This document shows, one piece after another, positions 23,865-37,500 of a DNA stretch of 42,592 nt (the first letter of the stretch is position 1; each line of letters starts with the position of its first letter). The translations under genes were made by a program, and so were the position numbers. This DNA is from Reclinomonas americana ATCC 50394 (lineage: Eukaryota), in assembly GCA_048213135.1 (NCBI GenBank), contig PS015064.1, forward strand, positions 206,427 through 249,018. Reading direction: 5' to 3'. A model generated the notes under the pieces. The model saw nothing but the letters and a program-made list of their open reading frames with translations, made no database searches and was not told the DNA's origin.

Positions 23865-23998
23865 TCTCGTTTTTTTCCGTGAAGCCTGGGTTTCTGGTGC
23901 TCACTCAAGACGGTGATCATCACGCAGCTGTGTTGCTGTTTGAATTCGTAAAGTTGTTGATCTTGAGAAATAACGATATCGATATCGGAATTCGAAGC
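23865..23998 (+). repeat. Dispersed element of about 130 bp, copy 1
   Basis: TCTCGTTTTTTTCCGTGA...CTCACTCAAGACGGTGATCATCACGCAGCTGTGTTGCTGTTTG...GATATCGATATC...TTCGAAGC matches 29866-30025. Confidence 0.85.
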
Positions 23999-24163
23999 GG
24001 ACAAAGCCAGCGCTGCACTCCAGAAACTCCTCGTTGCACTGACCAACCAAGTACGTACGCCCCCGGAACGATTTCCTCTGCATCCGCACGTGCCACTTGC
24101 AGTCGACTGGGAATTGTGTAAGGTTTACAGCAATGCGCGGGAAATTCTGTCTCACTTTTCTCC

Positions 24164-27756
<3,593 letters not shown>

Positions 27757-27809
27757 GATTGAAAGTGGAGGGATTGGACAGGAAGGAGGATCACGAGAGA
27801 GAAAGGAGG

Positions 27810-28480
27810 AGGAGGAAGAGGGGAATGTTGAATCCTGCTGGCAATGATCGCTTCTCGTCTGCCGAGCGATTGCTGACAACTCGCGAATGTGAGAGAGGAG
27901 AACCCCGGAGAGCTCCTCAGCTTCGTAACAGCTCACGAGCAAGAGAGAAGCGAGGATCGCAATGACTCGTCGCAGCCTTGACAGCCATCAACTCGCGATC
28001 GTGAGGACACGGAAGTCGCTGCTGCGCGTGACGAGCAAAAGGAGAGGAAGAGGGGAATGTTGAATCCTGCTGCTCGCCTGCCTGAAACCAGATGCGAGCG
28101 ATTGCTGACAACCCACGCCTGGCGAACGAGAAAGACGAGAGAATCGAGTAGCACTTCCGTTGCATGTCAAACTGCGGGCAGGGTTGAAGAAGAGGTGAGG
28201 ACTGCGATGTCTCGTCGTAGACCTGACAGCCATCAACTCGTGAGGACGCGGGAGATGCTGTTGCGCTCGACGAGCAAAAGGAGAGGAAGAGGGGAATGTT
28301 GAATCCTGCTGGCAATGATCGCGTCTCGACTCCCGAGCGATTGCCGACAACTCGCGAACGTGAGAGAGGGGCTCCTCAGCTTCGTAACAGCTCGCGAAGC
28401 AATGTCTCGTCGCAGCCCTGACAGCCATCAACTCGTGAGGACACGGGAGATGCTGCCCTGCTGGGTGACGTTCGACGAGC
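27810..28480. repeat. Intergenic tandem repeat, about 235-bp period, 3 copies
   Basis: GAGGAAGAGGGGAATGTTGAATCCTGCTG at about 27812, 28044 and 28283; TGACAGCCATCAACTCG occurs three times. Confidence 0.85.
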
Positions 28481-28747
28481 AATCGACATAAAAGAGAGAG
28501 AGAGAGAGAGAGAATGACCGCGAACACGCGCTCTCCTCTATATGATAACGAGCGGGAGAGGAATATCTCTGCTTGCGACGCACCCTCTAAACTCAGCAAG
28601 CTGTAAGTGCGAGTGTGGTCTCTCACGAGTGGAGAAGTGGTATACAACTGCTCTACTTGCGACACACCCTCGAACTCAGTCAATTGCGTATGCAGGGAGG
28701 AGGATTTTCTGTACCATGCATGCTCTCCTCCCCACACGCCACTCAAG

Positions 28748-29706
28748 CTATGAGCTACTCCCGCCGCCACCGCCTCCACCAGGTGTCCACGAATCGGCCT
28801 CAAACGTCGGCGTCACTCCCGTACCCGCACGCGGTCTCGACGGCTGCGCGGGTCCAGTCGCCGGTGTCGCTGCTGCTGCTGCTGCTGCAGTCGCCTTTCC
28901 AAGCTTCGCCGGCATGTTCGCCGCAGCATCCTGCGCCGCCTGTGCCAGCATCGCTTGCGCTGCAGTGGCTGTGTCCGTCACTCGTCAGACGACGGAGGAA
29001 AAGATGGTGGAAGAGCTTCTCCATGACGGAGAAGAGGAAGGAGGAGAAGGAAGGAGAAGAGAGAGAAGGGAAGGGAAGAGGAGAGAAGAGAAGAGAAGGA
29101 AAGGAAAGAGGAGAGAAGGGAAGGATGAGGAGAGAGGAGAACGAATGAGAAGAGAGAGATGAGAAGAGCAGAGACGAGAAGAGCAGAGATGAGAAGAGAA
29201 GGGAAGGGAAGAGGAGAGAAGGGAAGAGAAAGAGGAGAGAAGAGAAGGAAAGGGAATAGCAGAGGAGGGAGAGAGAGAGATGAGAAGTGCAGACAAGAGA
29301 AGGGAAGAGCTGCAAAGAGAAGCAAGCAACCGACCTCGCTGGCTCATGCTCTCGCGATCCGACACTTCTTGCATTCGCAGTTTGCGGTCTTCCGCATCCC
29401 ATTCTCGTCCATTTCTCGCCAGCTGCTCCTTCTTGGCCGTCAGCATCTCAATCTCCTGTGTGTGTGTGGCCAGTGAGAAGGAAGGATGAGAGAGTGAGAG
29501 AAGGAAGTGAGAGACAACTGGGCGACCTCTGGAGTCGGTGGAGTGGTGCGTGACTGTGTGTGGTCAGTGAGTGAGTCAGAGGAGGAGGCGGAGGAGGAAA
29601 TGGAGGAGGATGGGCGCAACATAGTGCAACCAGCTGTGCCACTCGACGGGGATTGTCGAGGGATCAATGTCGTCGCGGTACTGCACCACTCTGCGAGGGG
29701 CTTTTC
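28748..29706 (-). CDS. NDUFAF2: NDUFAF2 (mimitin, complex I assembly factor, NDUFA12 family), 3' exons
   Basis: Four exons: GKAPRRVVQYRDDIDPSTIPVEWHSWLHY / SRTTPPTPE / EIEMLTAKKEQLARNGREWDAEDRKLR... / ...FEADSWTPGG*. The charged helix after PPTxEE and the terminal FxxxSWxP favour NDUFAF2 over NDUFA12. Confidence 0.8.
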
Positions 29707-29711
29707 CTGTG

Positions 29712-29746
<35 letters not shown>

Positions 29747-29865
29747 GTACACACACGACGTCNNNNNNNNNNNNNNNNNNNNATAATCAACACATAGATA
29801 AATCTTCTCCAACAGACATCTTCCCTTTCAGGAGACAAAGCCAAGCAAACATAGATCTATAGAGA

Positions 29866-30025
29866 TCTCGTTTTTTCCGTGATGTCTGAGTTTCTGATGC
29901 TCACTCAAGATGGTGATCATCATGCAGCTGTGTTGCTGTTTGGATTAGTAAAGTTGTTGTTGTTGTTGTTGTAACTGTTATGAACACAATCCCGATATCG
30001 ATATTGATATACTGAACTTCGAAGC
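29866..30025 (+). repeat. Dispersed element copy 2, with (GTT)n
   Basis: Closely similar to 23865-23998. Confidence 0.85.
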
Positions 30026-30170
30026 TCTCTCTTGCAGCTACGTGCACGATGTGCTCCTGCATTCCTTTTAACTACATGAAGGCGTCTACACTGCAGCTGC
30101 AACATACCACACAGACTGGATGTTTGATGCGTACACAGGACAGCGGAAGTCATCATTGCACCGCAATTAA

Positions 30171-30359
30171 ATGCTTGGTCGTCTCGCCGGAATGCTCCGG
30201 CGGATGGTGCCGAGTGGTCGCACCCATGTGGGCATCGATGGCCACGGCAACAAATGTTTCGTGTCTCCTCCTCCTCTACGCAGCACACTCTCACTCTCAN
30301 NNNNNNNNNNNNNNNNNNNCACGACAGGTATCGAGAGGTGTCTGGTGGTGATGACCATG
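30171..30359 (+). CDS. NDUFAF2: NDUFAF2 5' exons, on the opposite strand to the rest of the gene
   Basis: MLGRLAGMLRRMVPSGRTHVGIDGHGNK carries a presequence-like start and the family motif VGxDxxGNxY. Exon 30328-30359 (YREVSGGDDH-G|gt) is phase-compatible with the exon starting at 29706(-). The exon 1-2 join is 1 nt short. Confidence 0.7.
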
Positions 30360-30721
30360 GTGGCATGCCGACACATTAACTTGTCTGGGACAGCTGTTGC
30401 TTGTTTGTTGGTGAATGAATTTGTTGTTGACGTGCCGAGCGATGCCTGTGTACGAACGCGTGTCCGCGATTTCCATCTGTGCGACTTGCCTCCGACTGCA
30501 GGAACGTGGCCATCATGCAGCTGTGCTGCTAATCCATAGTAGGTGGAAGTTACTGCAGCGCTGCGGCAGTTTTGCAGGCGGCCGTGCATGCGTGCGCGGC
30601 TTATCTTGCGGCGATCGCGAACATTGGCTCGAAATCGTAAATTTCCAGAGCTAGCTGCCATCCACCTCTCGGCACGGGGCTCACATAACCTGGCACGCAC
30701 GCACGCACACACGCACGCACC

Positions 30722-30900
30722 ATGCCGTCCTCCGTCCACCGCTTCTTCTCCGACCTGTGGGCGAAGGAGATGCAGTGGTCGAGCTGGGCCGCCAGCATCG
30801 AAGACTGCAAGCACAGCGTGAGCGAGGGCAACAACTGCGTGCTTCAGTTCTGCGTCGGTGTGGTGCTTCTGTATGGTCTCCTGTGCATGGGGCTGTATGT

Positions 30901-30946
<46 letters not shown>

Positions 30947-31166
30947 CTTTCCTAATCCAAACGTTAACAGCAGCAGCTGCATGATGATCACCATCTTGAG
31001 TGAGCACCAGAAACTCAGACATCACGGGAGCACTGAGAGAAATGTGTTTGCTGTTCTTATCATCGTGTTGTGGCTGCTGCTGATGATGTTCTTTGGCTGG
31101 CCCTGCTGCACCTGTTGTCAGTACGACGAGAGAGAAGACGGGAGAGTGTCGCCGTCGCCAGTGTGA
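30722..31166 (+). CDS. Possible small Cys-rich membrane protein, 2 exons
   Basis: Exons 30722-30894 and 31040-31166 give ...CVLQFCVGVVLLYGLLCMGLNVFAVLIIVLWLLLMMFFGWPCCTCC...; this needs a weak GAG acceptor. Confidence 0.3.
30901..31027 (-). repeat. Dispersed element copy 3 (inverted), with (CAA)n
   Basis: CAGCTGCATGATGATCACCATCTTGAGTGAGCACCAGAAACTCAGACATCACGG is a near-exact reverse complement of about 29877-29930. Confidence 0.85.
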
Positions 31167-31574
31167 GCGCACTCGTGGTTGTGGGTAGCAGGCATGTAAG
31201 AACTGGCGGCGCGTTCTCGTGCAGAAACGCCAGCATGATTGATAGATCTACTGTGAAGNNNNNNNNNNNNNNNNNNNNTGATCTATGCAGCGACCGCACC
31301 ACAAAAAGGAATTGTTTTTCGCGACGTTCGACCGAATTCTTAGAATTACCGAGCTTGTTGTGATATCGATATCGATGATCGTGTGTCACTGCGGCAGTAC
31401 GTGGCTGCCGATACCGCGGACTTGGCCGAGTGTGCTGTCGAGTTGTGCCAGCAGTGTGCATGCAGAATGCATTGCTGTGTGGTCCTGTATGAATGTCCGC
31501 CTTTATCAATACGTACATCGCTGCGCGCGCTCTGGACACGCGACCAGGTGGTGGTGCAAGACCGGTTGCGCACC

Positions 31575-34500
31575 ATGTGGCGAGACCCTCGCCTTGTGCG
31601 TGCCCGCTTCTGCGTCCTCGCACTACTGCTCGTCGCGTGCGGTGCGTGCGCCGTGAGCATGCAGCCTCGTGTTGAGGAAGGAGTTTTGGAACACCAACAT
31701 GGCCATGACGCACGCACTCTTGCTGTCTCCACTGCCACTCTCTGCCAAGGTGCGCTGTGATACACACACTGCTGTTGTCGTCTCACTGCGCACTCTTTTT
31801 CTCTCTCCCTCACACACACCACGTGCTCTGCGCATGCGCACATGCACATATGTACATTTTTGATTTCGCTGTCGCGCGCCTGATCATATCACATGATCAT
31901 GATCTCGTGCAGTGTTGGTCGCACCGACTGGAGTTTCCACCACACCATGTGGTGACCCCGACGACAGCAGCAACACGCCCTGCGTGTTGAGTGTTGCAGT
32001 GTCGTCATGTGTGGCGCGCGGGTACTCCGAATCGTCGCCGGCGTGGGTGCTGCAGGTGCTGATGGCGAGTGGGACGTATGATTTGACGCAGAGTGGAACG
32101 CAACTCGCGGTGGCGGGTGAGTGGATTGTGCACTGTGGATATGATGTACCCCAGAGCACACACACGGGTTAGAACAAGAGAGCACAAAAGTCGAAAGTTG
32201 GTCACGAGCTGTCCTCGCAGCGCGCTGTGTCCTCCTCACTGCACATCTCCGTCTCTCCTTCCCTCTCTCCCTCTCTCTCTCTCGCAGCACGCAATGTCAC
32301 CATCCAGGCGGCCGCACCAACCGCCACTCCTCGCCCAACAATCACCACTGCCTCCATTGGTGCGTTTGTCGTCCAGCAGGCCCCATTATTCCTGCTGAGT
32401 GGCATCACCTTCAACGGGAACACCGCTGCCTCTCCCGCGGTGTCGTGGACAGCCCCCGTTGGGTCGGCGGCAGGTGTCCAGGTTTCTTTTGTCGACTGCG
32501 TCTTCAACAACGCTGTGGCTCAGCTCGATGCGTCGGCTGCTGGCGCCGCGCTCTCGTCACTGACGGTCACCGGCAGCACGTTTTCGCATCTGCGCTCCTC
32601 CACGACGCAGTCTGCTCTGACAGTCACGGGGCGGTTTGCCAACATCAGCGTCACCGGCTCGCTGTTCTCCGACTGTGTGAAGAATGGCGTCGACGCCTCG
32701 GGCGCAGCTATGCTCGCGACGCAACTACCAGCAGCTGCCGTGGTGTCGCTGACGGCCACCAACTTTACCGACAACATGGTGGTGGGCTCGTTGTCGACAT
32801 TGGCGTCTCGTGGAAACGCTGGTGGCGGCGCGGTTTTTCTCTCCGGCGTCGGCACTCTCAATGTGACGACAAGCGGCTGCAGCTTCCTGCGCAACTCAGC
32901 ATCCAACCTGGCAGGCAGTCAGACGGGTGGCGGTGCCGTGTACCTGACGGCGGCGGCGGCCAGTGGGGTCAACTTTGCGGACTCCAACGGAACATGGTCG
33001 CGGAATTTGGTGACTGGCTCTGGCAACGGCGACTTGACGACGTCGCAAAGCGGCGCTACCAACATTGGCGGTGGTGCGCTGTTTGCCTTCAACACCAACT
33101 CGGTGGCTTTCTCTGGCTCGCTCCTCTCGCTCAATTCGGTGACGACGAGTGCACTGGGCGTGCAATGTGCGTCGGGCTCCAAGTGCACTGTGTCTGGTGG
33201 CAACGCACGTGGAGGTACCAATGCTGGGGGCGGAGCGGTGTTTCTCAGCGCGCTTTCGACTGCCGCGCAAGCACAGCTACAGGTGGGGAACTGGGGGCTG
33301 TGACGCTGGCGTGTTTGTTGATCAGGAGGATCATGCTCAAGAATGACTGGTTGCCCTCTCTACAGGTTTTGAGCTCACAGTTTACCGACAACTCGGCAAC
33401 GGATAACTGCAAGGGCGGCAGCAATACAGGCAGCAGCGGCAGCTCGGGGCACAGCTGTGGCGGAGGAGCTGTGTGGGTCACAGGAATCGCCTCGATGCAG
33501 GTGACTGGCACGCAGACGTTTCTTTGCCTGTGCCATGTGATCATACTCAACCTGCTGCACCGACGTGGGCGCAACAGGTGACCTCTGCTTACTTCAAGAG
33601 CAACATCGCCTCACGAAATGCGTGCGGCGGTGATGGAAATACTAGCAATGCTAGTTCAGTTGGGACATCGCTCCCCACTTTGTCGAATGCCAGCTTATCT
33701 GGTGGTGGCGCAATTCGTGCAGTATTTAGTGCGATATCGACTGCATCGCAATCTGTGAGGATTACTTGCTGTCGTCTATCAAAACGTGCTGCTGTTTCTG
33801 ACTGCCGCCGGCGCCTGCAGATTGTGTCCTCCTCATTCCTCTTCAACACTGCCACTGGCAACGCCAGCGGCGGCCGTTTCAATGGCGGCTCAAGCAATGG
33901 CTTGGGAGCTGCGAATGGTGGCGGGGCGTTGCTGTTGTACTTTCCAGGAGCAGCTTCGCAGGTATGCTTTGGTAATTTTGACCAGCAAGATGACCATTGC
34001 GCTTACCTCTGTTGTTGCGAATGTGGTATAGACAATTGACAGCTGCGAATTCCGAAGCAATACCGCTCTGGCAAATGGGAACGGAGGTAATCGTCTGCAT
34101 CGTCATCATTTCTGTGTGAGCCTGNNNNNNNNNNNNNNNNNNNNNNNNNNNNNNNNNNNNNNNNNNNNNNNNNNNNNNNNNNNNNNNNNNNNNNNNNNNN
34201 NNNNNNNNNNNNNNNNNNNNNNNNNNNNNNNNNNNNNNNNNNNNNNNNNNNNNNNNNNNNNNNNNNNNNNNNNNNNNNNNNNNNNNNNNNNNNNNNNNNN
34301 NNNNNNNNNNNNNNNNNNNNNNNNNNNNNNNNNNNNNNNNNNNNNNNNNNNNNNNNNNNNNNNNNNNNNNNNNNNNNNNNNNNNNNNNNNNNNNNNNNNN
34401 NNNNNNNNNNNNNNNNNNNNNNNNNNNNNNNNNNNNNNNNNNNNNNNNNNNNNNNNNNNNNNNNNNNNNNNNNNNNNNNNNNNNNNNNNNNNNNNNNNNN

Positions 34501-37500
34501 NNNNNNNNNNNNNNNNNNNNNNNNNNNNNNNNNNNNNNNNNNNNNNNNNNNNNNNNNNNNNNNNNNNNNNNNNNNNNNNNNNNNNNNNNNNNNNNNNNNN
34601 NNNNNNNNNNNNNNNNNNNNNNNNNNNNNNNNNNNNNNNNNNNNNNNNNNNNNNCCTGAGATGTGTTCGTGGTGGAAAACGAGGTCCACACGGCGCCACC
34701 ACCGTTGCTGACTCCGGTGCTATCCGACGTACTACCGGAGCCTGTGTGCCAGGCAGGAGGAGGCGCACGACACAATCAAATGTAAGGTAAAGATGTAAAA
34801 GTAGCTCACGCTGGCCTGTTTCGCCACCAATCACGAATCACCTCCGTTTCCGTTGCTGTTGGCTGAGTTGCTGGAAAATGCGCAACTGCTGATTGTCTGC
34901 GGATACCGTGTTAGCGGCACCAGCACACAGGAGCAACAGCTGCACGCCGCATACCTGAGAGGCACTGCCGCTCACAAACGAGGTCCATATTGCCCCGCCA
35001 CCACTGGTGGAGCCAGAACTAGAGACGAAGCCCTTGCTTCCTGCAGGCACCAAAAAAGGAAGATTGGTGCACGACATCAATACACTTGGGATGATTAATC
35101 AACTCACCGCCATTGGCGTTGCTGTTCGCTGTGTTGCTGGTAAATGTGCAGTTGCTGATCAATTGCATCTACAAGGGGCAGTGGCCATCGACAGTGTTAA
35201 CGAGTTATCCCCTCATACAATTCACCACTGCGACGGGTTCGGTTACCAAACCTTGGTAGTACTAACGGAGGAGAAGAGAGCCCACAGCGCACCGCCGCCG
35301 TTATGGTGACCAGAACTTGAAGCATCGCCATCCGAAGCAGAGCCTGCACGAACCCCATACATCTGTCTCCGAACACACGCGAGACGAACCCCATACGGCT
35401 TCACCTCCAACACCATTGCTGTTGCTATTGGCAGTGTTGCTTGCAAATGTACAGTTGCCGATTGTCTGTGACACCCACCGCACATGCACACTGAGAAGAG
35501 GGGGATAGGAGACAGAGTAGAACACAACAAGTGCGCACTCCATCTGACCTGTGAGTTGCTGCTGCTCGAAAAGCGAGTCCACATCGCACCGCCACCATTG
35601 TAGGAACCAGAAGATGACCCATAGACACCGGTGGTCGTGGACCCTACGACCGTGCCAGATTAGAGAACATCGATGCCGGTGACAACAGCACGACATACTG
35701 CTCCATCATGCACTCACCGCCACTGCCATTCTTGTTTGCAAGATTGCTGGTGAAAGTGCAGTTTGTGGCCACTTGTGTCTGCAGCACAAGTGCACAANNN
35801 NNNNNNNNNNNNNNNNNNNNNNNNNNNNNNNNNNNNNNNNNNNNNNNNNNNNNNNNNNNNNNNNNNNNNNNNNNNNNNNNNNNNNNNNNNNNNNNNNNNN
35901 NNNNNNNNNNNNNNNNNNNNNNNNNNNNNNNNNNNNNNNNNNNNNNNNNNNNNNNNNNNNNNNNNNNNNNNNNNNNNNNNNNNNNNNNNNNNNNNNNNNN
36001 NNNNNNNNNNNNNNNNNNNNNNNNNNNNNNNNNNNNNNNNNNNNNNNNNNNNNNNNNNNNNNNNNNNNNNNNNNNNNNNNNNNNNNNNTTCATTTGCTGA
36101 GGCGACCTGTCGCCTGCTAAACACTGATCGTTTTAACTCGTACCATTTGTATCGATGTAGTCTCTACGAAATTGCACTTTCACCAATAATGCGGCGAGTA
36201 GCAACGTCAACGGAGGTGGCGAAGAGATTGACAGTGTGTGCGTACCTATTTTATGTGGTCATTAATTCGGTTTGTTGCTGCAGGCACCGGTGACTCGGCG
36301 GCAAGTTCTGGTTACAACAACGGCGGCGGAGCGCTGTGGTTGCTTGTCTCGGGTACCACTGCTACGCAGGTTTGTCGGTGCGCGCATGATATCGTCGGTT
36401 TGCCAGTGCCGACTGATTGATTGTTCGTGGCACTGATGCAGTCAGTAAGCGGTTGCATATTTACGAGCAATGCAGCCAAAACAAACGTCAACGGAGGTGA
36501 GTGTATACATAGGCGTGCATGCGTGGTTGGTTGCCACCGACAAACAAGTGGTCTAACACCCCCTCATTGGCGTATACAGGCAACTCTGTGCTCTCTTCCA
36601 GTTCTGGTCACGACAGCGGCGGCGGTGCAATGTGGAGCTACTTTTCAGTCAGCAGCGGTGTCACTCAGGTTGGCGTTCATTCTGATTTCGTGTGCACACT
36701 GTTCTTCTGCATCGTTGATGGTTTCTCGTACGTGCTGTAGAGCATCAGCAATTGCACATTCGCAAGCAATGCGGCCAGCAGCAACGGCAGCGCCGGTCGA
36801 AGTGCGTTGGGATTGTGGACGGCGATGTGTTCTTTTCCTCTCCTCATGTTCCTTGCAGGCTCAAGCGCGAGAAGCGATGCTTCCAGTGTCGGCAGTAACA
36901 ACGGTGGCGGTGCCATGTGGACTTTTATAACCGGCAGCAGCGGCACCCAGGTATGTCGAGCTGCGGCGGTGGTGAAATGTTGCGTTCTGGAAATATTGAC
37001 TCCCTCTTATTGTTGTCGTAGTCAATTACGGACTGCACGTTTGTCACGAACGCCGCCGCCAGCAATTCCAACGGAGGTACAGTTAAGCTTGATGAGATGC
37101 AAGCAAGAGACGGACGATCCAACTGACCAGAATAACTGTAGGTTCCACCGGTATCAATGGATCTCCAACCACTTCCGGACACCACTGCGGTGGTGGTGCA
37201 CTCTGGACCACGTTCACCAGCAGCACTGCCGTGCAGGTACGCCTCGCTTGACTTTCTTGTTCGACTCGTGTCACTCATGGCGTTGAGCTCAGACAATCGG
37301 CAACAGCACATTCTCGAGCAATTCCGCGAACAGCAACGCCAGCGGCGGTGCGTCGTGATGTGATTACAGTGTGGTACCTGTATGTCTCAACCTGTGGATG
37401 TGTCTCTGTCGTGTGTGGTGCAGGCACAGCAGGCAACGACAGCAATGCAGTCAGTTCAGGACATCACAGCGGCGGCGGTGCAGTGTGGACGCAATTCTCC

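Noticed and set aside
27810..28480. CRISPR-like array
   Set aside because: The period is about 235 bp, the intervening sequence is itself repeated, there are no cas genes, and the context is eukaryotic.
28748..29706. NDUFA12 structural subunit call
   Set aside because: The charged helix after PPTPEE and the C-terminal FEADSWTPG fit the paralog NDUFAF2 better.
29866..31027. MITE or DNA transposon defined by terminal inverted repeats
   Set aside because: No transposase or target-site duplication is visible, the interior holds host exons, a solo copy exists at 23865, and orientation across the gap is uncertain.
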